In this document: in pieces, positions 26,364-38,417 of the stretch
Layout: every line of letters begins with the position of its first letter
How positions within the stretch are numbered: the first letter of the stretch is position 1
Notes under the pieces: generated by a model
Told to the model about the DNA's origin: nothing
The model's database searches: none
The model's input: only the letters and a program-made list of their open reading frames with translations
NCBI RefSeq assembly: GCF_006345805.1
Contig: NC_043001.1
Coordinates: 107,136,001 to 107,200,000 of the forward strand
Length of the DNA: 64,000 nucleotides
Reading direction: 5' to 3'
Origin: Octopus sinensis
Lineage: Eukaryota
Program-made: the position numbers and the translations under genes

Positions 26364-26368
<5 letters not shown>
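25982..26368 (-). mobile_element. Full-length tRNA-derived SINE
   Basis: Reverse complement is close to 8624-9040. Confidence 0.88.
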
Positions 26369-26441
<73 letters not shown>

Positions 26442-26450
26442 ATATATATA

Positions 26451-26493
<43 letters not shown>

Positions 26494-26607
26494 TATATAT
26501 ATACCGGAGTAAACACATAAATGTGGAACAAGGTGGAAAAAAGAGTATTTAAATACCAGAGGTAGAGTAATATGCTTGATTTAAAAGCAGCAGAAATTTA
26601 ACAAAAG

Positions 26608-26645
26608 CTGTTACTCGGAGTTTCACGTTCCCGTTCGTCGGACAG
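26608..26645 (-). ncRNA. Minimal hammerhead motif, CCGACGA core
   Basis: CTGT CCGACGA ACG GGAA CGT GAA ACTC C GAGT A ACAG; host repeat also at ~23440-23580 and, truncated, ~4590-4690. Confidence 0.65.
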
Positions 26646-26646
26646 T

Positions 26647-26745
<99 letters not shown>

Positions 26746-26852
26746 TATATATTATATACATATGTGCGTGTGTGTGTGCTCCAGCATTGTTGCAGTCAAA
26801 TGACTGAAACATATAAAGAATATGTGTTTGCATATATATATATATATATATA

Positions 26853-28183
26853 TATGTTAATAAAATAGAACATATGCATATATATAAACATATATGTACG
26901 TACCTACCTCTACATGTACATATACACGCATATATTGTACAGGACACCAAAAAGACGTCGAACACATAGAGAGACGAAACACATAGACACAAACCAAGGA
27001 ACAAGACAAGCAAAAAAAAGAGAGAGATACAGGACGATAAGCACAACGAAAAAACCCCTTCTTCAGTCGCTAAGATTTCATCTACTAAACGTTTCGAAGG
27101 ATAAAAGCGAGACGTATACTTCGAAGAAAAATTCCTTCCCGCGAAAAGCAAATCAATTAAAATTCTGAGATCTTTTCGCAGAGGGGTAAAAAAAAAAGGC
27201 AAGACGGTAACGGCAGTACAAACATATAAACAGTAAAAAATATATATATAAACAGTGGAAAAATAAATATATAACAGTGAGAGACAGGACAAGGAGAACA
27301 AGATAAGAAGGGCTGTTAACGCCAGACGAAAAAAGTATTGCAAACGCTGGATTATCGTGGACGACGAGAGAGAGCAAATGTAGTCGACCAGTAGCCTTAC
27401 AAGGCGGGCGAGAAAAGACAGGATAGCAGTTACGACGGAAGTATCGTCGCAGATGGACGACGGGAATGGGGGAGGAGGAGCAGAGAAGAAGAGAGAAGAA
27501 GGGGAATGGTGCGAGGAGACCATGAAGAATGGTGAAAGGGAGAGAGAGAATGAAGAATGAGAGAGAGAGGAAGAGACAAGTTAAGTGAGGGAAAAAAAGA
27601 CGAAAAAGGGAATGGGAGAGAAAGAAAGAAAGATGCAGAGTCGCGTGAGAGTTAATATCAAGGCTAACTTGATAACAGAACAATCTTACTTAATAGGTTG
27701 CGTGCGTTTAGTCGTATAATATGTTAATAAAATAGAACATATGCATATATATAAACATATATGTACGTACCTACCTCTACATGTACATATACACGCATAT
27801 ATGTGTACAGGACACCAAAAAGACGTCGAACACATAGAGAGACGAAACACATAGACACAAACCAAGGAACAAGACAAGCAAAAAAAGAGAGAGATACAGG
27901 ACAATAAGCCAACAAAAAACCCCTTCTTCAGTCGCTAAGATTTCATCTACTAAACGTTTCGAAGGATAAAAGCGAGACGTATACTTCGAAGAAAAATTCC
28001 TTCCCGCGAAAAGCAAATCAATTAAAATTCTGAGATCTTTTCGCAGAGGGGTAAAAAAAAAAGGCAAGACGGTAACGACAGTACAAACATATAAACAGTA
28101 AAAAATATATATATAAACAGTGGAAAAATAAATATATAACAGTGAGAGACAGGACAAGGAGAACAAGATAAGAAGGGCTGTTA
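26853..28183 (-). mobile_element. Non-coding element with ~465-bp direct repeats (26853-27318, 27721-28183) around a ~400-bp core
   Basis: Repeats near-identical by eye; the long ORFs here are low-complexity. Confidence 0.8.
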
Positions 28184-28386
28184 TATAAATAAATTAAATA
28201 AATTAAATTAGAGATAAAACCACTATTATGCAAATCAAACAGTGAAAAACATAAACCAAAACATAATAATAAAAATAATATAATATACAAAGTATATAAA
28301 AACAAAATTTTAAATTATATATATATATATACATATATGTGTGTTTGTCCGCACCCGTGTGTGCGTGCGTGTGTGTGTGTGTGTGT

Positions 28387-28421
<35 letters not shown>

Positions 28422-28815
28422 ATGTCTTTGTGCTTGTCCCCATCCACCGCTATACAGCCGGTGCTGGTTTGCCTACATCTCCGTTACTTAGCAGTCCAGT
28501 AAAAGAAGACCAACAGAATAAGTGCCAGGCTTAAGAAAAACATCAAGATAGACAAAAAGCCGCGAAGCATTTCGCCCGGCGTGCTAACGATTTTGCCAGC
28601 TCTTGGTATTTTCCTTTCTACGTCTTTCAAACCCGTAATGATCGTCGTCGTAAATAATAATCACCAGCTGTGAGAGTTCTACATGCAAGATCCTTTCAAA
28701 TATATTATTAGAACAAACACGATGTCAAGTAAAACAAAACAGCCAAAAATCAAAATGTATCAGACAAATTGAATCCATTGATACTTTGGCTATAGAAAAG
28801 ATGGACATACAGAAA

Positions 28816-28956
28816 TACATTATTTACATTTGACGGATATTTGTCCTCGTCTTGTTTGTTGTTAACACAACGTTTCGGCTGATATACCCTCCAGCCTTCA
28901 TCGGGTGTCTTGGGGAAATTTCGAACCTGGGTTCTTATTCCTTAGGTACTTTTCGA

Positions 28957-28958
<2 letters not shown>
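28816..28958 (-). mobile_element. 3' HHR domain of the tRNA-(AAT)n-HHR element; HHR at 28864-28909
   Basis: GACAC CCGATGA A GGCTG gagggtatat CAGCC GAAAC GT T GTGTT; inverted homologue at 34259-34400. Confidence 0.8.
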
Positions 28959-29043
<85 letters not shown>

Positions 29044-29065
29044 CATTATTATTATTATTATAATT

Positions 29066-29097
<32 letters not shown>

Positions 29098-29099
29098 CA

Positions 29100-29345
29100 G
29101 TAGTTTTATTTTTATAGCGTGCTTTCACTTCACTACCGAGCGCAGCTCTGTGTGCCTTGGGTATGTGCTGTGATTTGTTGTGATGCTCTGATGGTTATTG
29201 TATGGAAAGTGTTCTGCGTAGGATGTGTGCAGTGCCTAGTAGTGCACTTTTCTGTATGTTATATGTGTTTGTAAGTCCTGGTGTTTTTGTTATGTATTTG
29301 TCTGAATATTTTTTTATCATGCCTAATGCACCTACTATGATAGGA
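29100..29345 (-). mobile_element. 3' fragment of a second R4/Dong family
   Basis: IPIIVGALGMIKK...IQKSALLGTAHILRRTLSIQ plus 3' UTR and (AAT)n tail. Confidence 0.85.
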
Positions 29346-29346
29346 A

Positions 29347-29419
<73 letters not shown>

Positions 29420-32400
29420 TTTATGTTTAAGTTGACTCCAAGTCTCACCCAGAGATTTCAAGCAACAACAAGTTCGAAGTTCAAGATGGTGTTATGACAG
29501 GGTGTCATATACTTGGTTTTGCAAATATCATTGTTCTAGAGAATGTTTAAGAAAACAAAGGAAAATGATGAGTTTGCTTTAAAATTTGAAATTGCATAGA
29601 CAGTATTTTACGTAGGATATGAGCAGTTCCCATGAGCACTATCTTTTGAATTTCTGCCATTTTGGGGTTTCCTGGTATCTGAGTTAGGTAGCAATCAGCC
29701 CCTTTTGCTATCATTCCCAGGGCACCTATGACAACAGGTATTGTTTTAGTCTTCAGGTTCCACATTTTGCTGATTTCTATTTCAAGATCTTTATATTTGC
29801 TCAGTTTTTGGTAGGTCTTGACAGATACGTTTATATCGATTGGGACAGTCATATCAATGAGGAGGCATGTTCTTTGTTTGAAGTCTTTCAATATGATGTC
29901 TGGCCTATTTGCATCTATCTTTCTGTCAGTTTGAATGGTGAAGTTCCAGAGGAGTGAGATTTGGTCATTTTCAAGCACTTGGGGTAGTTTGTGTTCCCAC
30001 CAGTTTTTTTCATGGGGCAAATCCAGGTTTTTGCAGATTACCCAGTGAATATATTGTGCAGCTCTATCATGCCTGTTGAGGTACTCTATAGGCGCTAGAA
30101 GACTGCACTTGGAGACAACATGATCAATAATTTCATTTTGTTGCTGGCATACACGACACGTTGGACTACTGCTGATCTTTAATATGTTGGCCTGGTAGTT
30201 TCTTGTTGGTTGGCATTTATCTTGAGCTGCTATGATAAACCCCTCTGTTTCAGATTTTAAGCCAGAGGCCATTAGCCATTGATGGGTCAGGGCTTTTTCA
30301 ACATCTGCATTATTCGCTCTCTTTGGGTATTTACCATAGAGAGGTTTTTCTCGCCATTTATCATTCAGAATATCTAAGGCCGCAGATTTAGCACGGGTTT
30401 TCATGCGCTTAGCTTTTTCTGTGCCTGTTTCTTGTATGTCTATCTCTAATTCCGAAATTTGTTGTATTCGGAATTCACTTAGATATTCCTTTGCCTGTTT
30501 TGTTACTGAGTATGATGCTTTCTTGTTTTCATGTTTTGAGACAAGTTTTAACATCCAGTCCTCAGAGTTTTTCAGGCCAATTGTAGGCCAATTGTAGCAA
30601 TCTTCATTGTTATTGCCAGTTGTAAAATTCCACGGCCTCCCTCTTTTCTTGGCAGATAAAGTCGTTCTGTATCTGCCTTAGGGTGGTGCATTCTATGCAT
30701 TGTCAACAGTTTTCGTATTTTTCTGTCAAGATTACATATTTCAGAAATTGACCAGTTAACGATATTGAAACTGTAAGTCACGACTGGTATGGCTAATGCA
30801 TTGATCGCTTCGATCCTGTTTCTCGCATTCAGCTCTGTCTTGAGTATTGCTCTTACACTGCGATAACATTCTCTCCTGATCCTTTCCTTCATCTCTGAAT
30901 GCCTTATTCCGTCTCCTTCAATTACCCCTAGATACTTGTAGTTCTCCGCTGGGTCTAATTCTTTTATGACATTCTGCTGGTCAAGGTTAACGTTAGATGT
31001 TTCTGTCATTTTTCCTTTGATAAAGGTAGCTTTTGCACACTTATCGAGGCCAAATTGCATTCTGATGTCATCACTGAATTGTTTGACAATCGCTAGTAAG
31101 CCTTTGAGTTGTTGGTCATTTTTTGCAAAGAGCTTTAAATCATCCATGTAAATGAGATGATTTGTATTTTTATCAAACATTTTATATCCGTACTGCGCGT
31201 CATTGAGCAGTTTTGAGAGAGGTATTAAGGCTAAACAGAAGAGGAGTGGTGATAGTGAATCACCCTGGAAAATGCCACATGAAATTTTTACATCACCAGC
31301 ATTTAGAGATTCATTGTCGCTGTTCAAAGTTAGTGTGGTTCTCCATGATCTCATACTTACAGACAAAACGTTTGGCAGAGTAGGTGCTATCTTAATCATT
31401 TCTAGGCATTTCTTAATCCAGCTATGTGGTAGGCTGTCAAAAGCCTTTTTATAGTCTATCCAGGCTATTGATAAGTTTTTGTGTTGTTTGTGACAATCTT
31501 CTAAGATCATCTTATTGATGAGTAGTTGATCTTTACAACCGTAGGATCCACGTTTACATCCTTTCTGTTCATTAGGAATATGCTGCTGTCTGTCAAAAAA
31601 CTATAGGTATATTCCGTCAGGACAGATGTTAGTGTTTTATACATAGTTGTTAAGCAGGTTATGGGTCTATAGTTTTTTGGTTCATTTGTTTCTTCACTTT
31701 TTGGAAGCAGGAATGTTAACCCATTAACTAGCCAAGGAGGCATCCTACTAGGGTGTTGCAAAACATCATTGTAAAGTTCTGTTAGCAGTTCATGGCTCTA
31801 TGTGAAGGCATCCAACCAGAAGTTAGGGATTTTATCCTTTCCTGGAGACTTCCATTTGCTTGACCTCCTTAGAGCAGATCTTATATCTTCTACCTTGACA
31901 CCCTCCCACTTTTGCTCTTCTAAGGAGTCCAGTTCTTTAGATACTCTATCAATCCGGGGGGGGGGGGGCTTTTCGCTGTGTGTTTTTTCCTCTGCCCAAA
32001 TTTTATTCCAAAATCCCTGCACTTCTTCTTTTGATGGTACAGACTTTACAGTAACTGGTGTTTTTCCTATCTTCCTGTAAAAATTTTTTGGGTTATTTTT
32101 GAACATGTTGTCCCTAAAGAATCTAATACGCTTTTCATACCTCGCTATGCGGGCAGCTTTAGCAGATACCTTTTGCTTGATGGTTTCTATGGTGGCATCA
32201 ATATCAAGTATAGTTTTCATATTATATTTTTTCATTAGTTTTGGGTTTTTTGTAGGTTTGGTAGTCTTATGAACCTTAAAGTTTTTCAAATATTCAATGT
32301 CGGATCTAAATAGTTTAATTTGTTGTTGCAAACGCTCTTGCCAAGAAGGCTTTTTGTGGAACTGTTGCCGTTTTCTAATCTTTTCACCACATAGGATCGT

Positions 32401-33577
32401 TGAGATTTTCGCGGATGCATAGTATAGGGGGTTGAGATCTGTGATATCAACATCATTAGCTGAAATTATATCCTTAAGTGCAAGCCGGGTTTTACCAATT
32501 ATTTTCATGTTTTGGTTAGAGTTGCGGATTTTAGGGAGTGTATCACGTTCATCCATACTGGTTTCTTTAATTTTCAGCCATTCAATCATGATTTGACTTT
32601 TTAGCTCATGTAGTTCTGTCGGGTCAATATTTGTGTGACTTTCTTCATCTATTTGATGTTCATCTGTCTTTGTGTTTATGTCTGGTTCAGGGAGTATTTC
32701 ACTTTGCCTATCACTTATACTAACTCTTTCAATCCTTACTTCGTCTTTATTAGCTCTGGGCTGGTCTATAATTATTTCCTCTGTATTATCTTCTTTAGCT
32801 GCAGCTTCGTTCATTCTATCCGTTACTGCTTGTCTAACTTGATCAATCTCTACTTCAGGCAGTAATTTTTTTTTTATAATGTTTCTTCTGACGTTGGCAA
32901 GTTTGTTACTGTCTATGTAGGGTCTTACTTCAGGGTGTTTCTGTCTTCAGTTTATGTAGGTTTGTATAGTGTTCGATTTATCTGTGGGGAAATATATGGC
33001 ATGGTAGAAGGCCGCAAGAACTTCTTTATTATCTTCTCTAGTCCATTTTTCCTTCTTTTTCTTTTGAGTGTCTGGTGACGAACATGGATGGCCATCTGTT
33101 GGAATATTCCAGTTGTGGGGTACGTCCAGCTCCTGTGTGTCGGGAAGATTTGATCCAGTAGCTGATTTTTCAATCAGACATTGGTTCAATTTTCGGGTAC
33201 GTGGTCTTTTGTAGTCCGCTCGCCGACCATCGCGGATTGTAGTTTGATTTGTTGACATTGGAGCATGACGAGCTTCGACTCTTACTTTAAGAGACGGATC
33301 TGTCAGTTTAGGATTCTCTGCACGTAAACATTGTTCGTAGCGCAGCTTCTTAAGGCTAGCAGATCTGTATTCGTCCGTATTTTTTTTTTTGTTGATAGAT
33401 TTATCTCCGGGCATAGTTTTCCCTTTTTTTTTAAAGTTATGAAAGGTTCACTCTGCCTGTATTAGTTCGAAAAAATGAGAATAAAATACGAGAAAGAAAA
33501 AAAAATATCATCATCTCTATCATCACCGTCATCATCATCATCAATGATATTGTGTTATGTGTAGTCACAGCGGTAGC

Positions 33578-33608
<31 letters not shown>

Positions 33609-34040
33609 CTATCACCATCGCCACGGTAAAGAGGTCATGTTCTATAGGTCTATAAATAGATTCAGCAGATGGTGGACTGGTCGGCCAAATAGACAAAAGA
33701 CATTTTGGGTCAGGGAAAGGTCAAACCTGTTTACTAGTACCAGCGTTATATTGAAAAGCAATTCAGTTTGTTCTTGTTCTTGTTCTTCTTGTACCTCTTG
33801 TTCTTCTTGTTCTTGTTCTTGTTCTTCTTTTTTCTTCTTCTTCTTCTTCTTCTTCTTCTTCTTCTTCTTCTTCTTCTTCTTTCTTCTTCTTCTTCTTCTT
33901 CTTCTTTCTTCTTCTTCTTCTTCTTATTGTTTTTCCTTGTTTCTTCAAATTTCTTTCCGTTTCTCGCCGAGTGTTTTCCGTATAATTAGGGCAGAGAAGC
34001 TCATTGTATGAATTCCCAGATTACACACGCAAATTCACAG

Positions 34041-34042
<2 letters not shown>
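29420..34042 (-). mobile_element. Apparently full-length R4/Dong-clade non-LTR retrotransposon in (AAT)n
   Basis: (AAT)n at both ends; ~630-nt 5' leader with internal microsatellites; single RT-CCHC-RLE frame. Confidence 0.9.
29547..33414 (-). pseudogene. R4/Dong polyprotein (RT, CCHC, restriction-like endonuclease), about 4 breaks
   Basis: KWTREDNKEV N-terminal motif; [34 protein letters not shown]; [19 protein letters not shown]; CRVC..IDHVVSKC; RPDII..LIDMTVP. Confidence 0.93.
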
Positions 34043-34082
<40 letters not shown>

Positions 34083-34114
34083 TCACTGTCTTGAATCGAA
34101 TTCGGAATCTTGGG
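34043..34114 (-). mobile_element. Inverted partial tRNA-like head + (AAT)n of the interrupted tRNA-HHR element
   Basis: Reverse complement cccaagattccgaattcgattcaagacagtgacctgaataat matches 34150-34192. Confidence 0.75.
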
Positions 34115-34193
34115 CATATGGCGTAGTGGTTAAGAGCTCGGGCTACTAACCCCAAGATTTCAAGTTCGATTCCAGGCAGTAACCTGAATAATG

Positions 34194-34259
<66 letters not shown>

Positions 34260-34400
34260 GTATCGAAGAATACCTTAGGAATGAGAACCCAGGTTTGAAA
34301 TTTCCCCAAGACACCTGATGAAGGCTGGAGTGTATATCAGCCGAAACGTTGTATTAACAACAAACAAGACGAGGACAAATATCCGTCAAATGTAAATAAT
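34112..34400 (+). mobile_element. tRNA-headed, (AAT)n-containing SINE-like element with a 3' hammerhead motif (34310-34355)
   Basis: A-box tggcgtagtgg, B-box gttcgattcc; GACAC CTGATGA A GGCTG..CAGCC GAAAC GT T GTATT. Confidence 0.8.
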
Positions 34401-34401
34401 G

Positions 34402-35899
34402 AAAAAAATGTACATAATTCCTCAACTCTTAAATATAGAACTGCATACAGAAATGGTTTCAAATTTTGGCTCAAGGCTAGCAGTTTTAGGGCAGAGGTAA
34501 GTCGATTACATAGACCCCAGTACTCAACTGGTATTTATTTTATCGATCTCAGAGGGATGAAAAGCAAAGTCGATCCCAGTGATTTTACAACACAGAATGT
34601 AAAGCCGAAAGAAGTGTTGCTAAGCATTTTGTAATAACAAATTAATCAAGCAGGATATATCAATTAGCATTAACAATATTGGACAAAATAGTGGAAATGG
34701 AATAATATCTCATCTCCCTATCAGCTGCTGAATAATCTTAAGAAGACTGATTCAAAGTTGTCATATTCAAGATTCTAACAATATTCTTTATGCTTTCACT
34801 CATCGGACTGCGGCCTATCTGGAGCATTGCCATAAAGGGTTTTGTCGATCGTGTCGCATAAGGCTTGTTTTTTAAAGTCTAGTACTTGCTGATTTTATCA
34901 ATCTGTGAAATTTTTGCTGTCGACATTTAACTATCAATTTCTGAGAATTCAACTGAAAAAGTGAGCATATGCGAAGTTGCAGTTTAAATTTGGAGTTCAG
35001 TTGCTCTTTTAGCCGAAGGGACGTGATAATATCGGACTGAAGATTAGCACTGGATCTCCATTATCTGAGGAAAAGCATCCAACTCATTCCACGTTTTAGC
35101 ACTAATGTGTTGTAGGTGTGTTAAACACGTTTTCCATTGTTATCAATAGAAAACGAGAGGATGTATATTCTCAGGTAGGCGCATAATCTTTTGTAAGATT
35201 ATCTATTATCGATCGAACGAGCGATTGTTTTTTCAGCACAGGTATCCCTTCCTCTGCACTAGAATATATACTGAATGGTGAGAGAAACTACATATGACAG
35301 ATTGTGCAGGTTATTCAATATTCTATCCTTTACATATGCTCCAGTCGTCAAATAAAACAATCTTCTAACAATGATTTCTGAGCAGATCAATACGCTATAG
35401 TGGATAAACTAAAACGTATCCAGCTACGTCAGAAACAGCATTATGTTACGTTCACTATCGAAAAAAGCTTTCTGTTTTAGAGACAAATGAGATGTTGACA
35501 TGCTCAGCGCTATCGCGTGTGACGAACAGCACTTTTCAGGTTAAATTGGGTGACGCATTTTGTTTCGGGATGAAGCACCTGCTCACAGAGATTCTGCTAT
35601 ACACTGTCCATATACATATCGCATATATCAATGCTAATTAATACATCCTGCTTGATTAATTGTTTATAACAAAATGCTTAGTAACACTTCTTTCGGCTTT
35701 ACGTTCTGTGTTGTAAAATCATTGGGATCGACTTTGCTTTTCATCCTTCTGAGATCGATAAAATAAATACCAATTGAGTACTGGGGTCTTTGTAATCGAC
35801 TTACCTTTTCCTTAAAACTGCTGGCCTTGAGCCAAAATTTGAAACCATTTCTGTAAACAGTTCTATATTTAAGAGTTGAGGAATTATGTACATTTTTTT
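34402..35899. repeat. ~270-bp inverted repeat pair (34402-34671 / 35630-35899)
   Basis: Arms share an element tail, a decayed SINE and unique flank with the same diagnostic changes; roughly 90% identical by eye. Confidence 0.9.
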
Positions 35900-35977
35900 A
35901 CATTGTACACTGTGTACTGTCTTTATAGATTTTTGTATTGCAGGAATAACATTGTCTTTTGTTTATAATCCATGTAC

Positions 35978-36135
35978 AGTCGTGGCTGTGTGGTAAGATG
36001 TTTGTTTTCCAACTATATGGTTCTGCGTTCAGTCCCATTGCGAGGCACCGTCGGCGACTGAATTCTAATATAGCCCCAGGTCGACCAAAGCCTTGTGAGT
36101 GAATTTGGTTAAGGGAAACTGAAAGAAGTCTGTTG

Positions 36136-36168
<33 letters not shown>

Positions 36169-36372
36169 TTGTCGCCCACAACCACTTGAAAATCGGTGTT
36201 AGTTTGTTTATGTCTCCGAAATTTAGCGGTTTGGAAAAAGAGATCGATAAAATATGTACCAGGCTTAACAAGAGAAATAAGCACCGGTGTTGATTCGTTT
36301 GTCTAAACATTCTTCAAGGTGATGCCCCAGCATGGCCGCAGTCTACTGATTGAAAGAAAGAAAGAAAAGAGA
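35978..36372 (+). mobile_element. Diverged tRNA-derived SINE
   Basis: Homology to 8624-9040. Confidence 0.8.
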
Positions 36373-36659
36373 TAGTTCTGACATCAGATACTACATCGTA
36401 TTCCTGTATTAATAATGTAGGATGTTATTTAAGAGTGTTATTTGATAGCATGTCAAGCGATCTCATAGAGGTTTCTTCATTGGCATGTTTTATATCTGGT
36501 GGATAAGATAGTAAGCGCTGGGAGGCAACTGCTAAGTTTCTCATCAGCCCACAGATGAGCCCACGCATTTCGTTTTCAATTCTCGGTTGGAGGTAATTCA
36601 TTTCGCTTAAGCAGTTAGTATCCTTTGAGTAAGGGCACATGGCTCAGTGGTTAGGGGTA

Positions 36660-38330
36660 TTTCAAAAGGGGAAAGTGAGAGGTGATATCTTGAAAAGGGC
36701 GAGCAGAGTAGAACTGGCAACGTTTAGTAAGGTCGAAAAATAGAACAGAAGCAGATTTTGTAAAAAACTTAGAAGGGACGTTGTTGAAGAGTTAATCTGG
36801 CCTCAAGATAAACCTTAGACCTATTCTTCAACGCGAAGTAAGATGGCTGCGTTGTAGGAGCTAAGGCACACGTTCTAAAACGCGAGGGGACGAGAGTCGT
36901 TCGATAGGCCCGAATGGCAGAAGTGCAGCGTGGCAATAGAACCATAATTCAGTCTTTGATGGGCGATAATGGGTGCATGTTATTCAAGAGATGGGTTTAG
37001 CTTTTCAGTTGAACTTCGCCAGACTGTTAGCGACTCTCGGCTAGCTAAAAGTAGAGTGTTGCGAAAAGCCCATAACAGCCATAGCAATACAGGAAGCGAT
37101 TGTTTACTGTACGGAGATTCAAATCGCCTGGCTTAGATGGTCTGCTCTATAAGCTTTGCTTTATATGCCAGATTTGTTTGAAGACTTCTTGGCAGAAATC
37201 TACCGCAACTGACAACACAACGGAAAACTTTCCACTTCTGTGAATCGAAGATCGGTGGTAGTGTTGAGAAAGGATCCAAATGAGTTGGATGACATTGATA
37301 TGTTTGGTTCATACCTTTTTAAAATTCAGATTTAAAAATTTTGGCCAAGGTTTTAGCAAAGAAGTTGATGCCTGGCATTGATAGTCTAATTGGTGATGCC
37401 CAAGCTTGTGTCATATCGAACAGATCTATCCATGGCAATCTCCACACCATTAGTGGTAGTTAATAAAAAAACTGGCATAAATGGGAAAATGGGACTCTGC
37501 TTAATGTAGATCAATCAAGCACTTTCAGTATTACGTCAACCTTGAAAACGTGGCGCTTTTCTCTCGACGGCCGGTTTCGGCCGCGTCTTCCGAGGCTGGA
37601 TAGCCGCAATGTGCAGCATCATCTAATTGTTACTTAACGTGAACTATTCATTATCACGTGCGTGGTGCTTCAAGGTTGATTCCACTTTTCTCTTCTGTAT
37701 GTAACAACTCAAGCTACTACAGTGGAAAGTAGAGACTTTGAGATACATACCATGGGAATTAGGATACGGAAAATCCGTGTCAGCATACGCGAACGACGTC
37801 ACCATCATACTGTCGGACACCAGGTATATAGGTCTGATATGTACTGTTGTAAGGAACTACGAGCGGTGAAGTGAGCGAAAATTACCGAGCAAAAGTCAGT
37901 GGGCCTTCAGCTCAGCACCCAGAGAGGCAGGTCCATGCTCTCCAACAGTTTCATGGGGCACTGGGCAGAGAGACTGGGTGAATTGCGACTTATGGTCTTG
38001 TATCAAAGAGATGTAGTTGCCTACAAGACTGTATACCGAGTATACAGAGGAGATGACTGCGCTACCTTCCTTAAGCAAGGAAGCGAAGCAAATCTTTGCT
38101 TGGTGGCTATGGGGAAAGAGGTTGCGTGGTAGACTCGTCTGAAAGATTTGAGGACGTGCATTTTCCGATCCAGCCAAGCTCTCGTCAAATTCTTAAAGTA
38201 TCACTTAGAGTGTTGTGGAAGGACTCCGACCACCCGCCAACTGACTGGATGTGAACTGTCTCATTGTTATAAAGCAAAAAACTGTGAGAGATTGGTACCT
38301 CTGATTGGTAGTATCTTACTGAGAGCCGTT
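36660..38330 (+). pseudogene. Heavily decayed Tx1/L1-type LINE RT region
   Basis: Reads EDFLAEIYRN..LRKDPNE..SDLKILAKVLAKKL..DAQACVISNRSIHGNLH, collinear with the 51-54 kb ORF. Confidence 0.75.
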
Positions 38331-38417
38331 AATATTGAGAGCGCTGAGTCTCGTGTAATAGTAATAGTAGTGCGTCGTTAATATAATTTCTCCGCACCCT
38401 TGCTTCGTTATATTATA

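Noticed and set aside
26549-27523. 324-aa and other long hydrophobic ORFs
   Set aside because: Low-complexity translation of CT/TA/TG-rich repeats; duplicated with frameshifts
34112-34184. tRNA gene call for tRNA-like heads (also 2137, 10630, 21454, 44465)
   Set aside because: Imperfect cloverleaf and embedded in multi-copy SINE bodies
34900-35400. Possible hAT/BED relic on the - strand (CTICHM..; FSSDNGD)
   Set aside because: Only scattered short motifs across frames; too weak to annotate
36515-36555. CTGATGAGAAAC on the - strand
   Set aside because: No stem II and no stem I pairing
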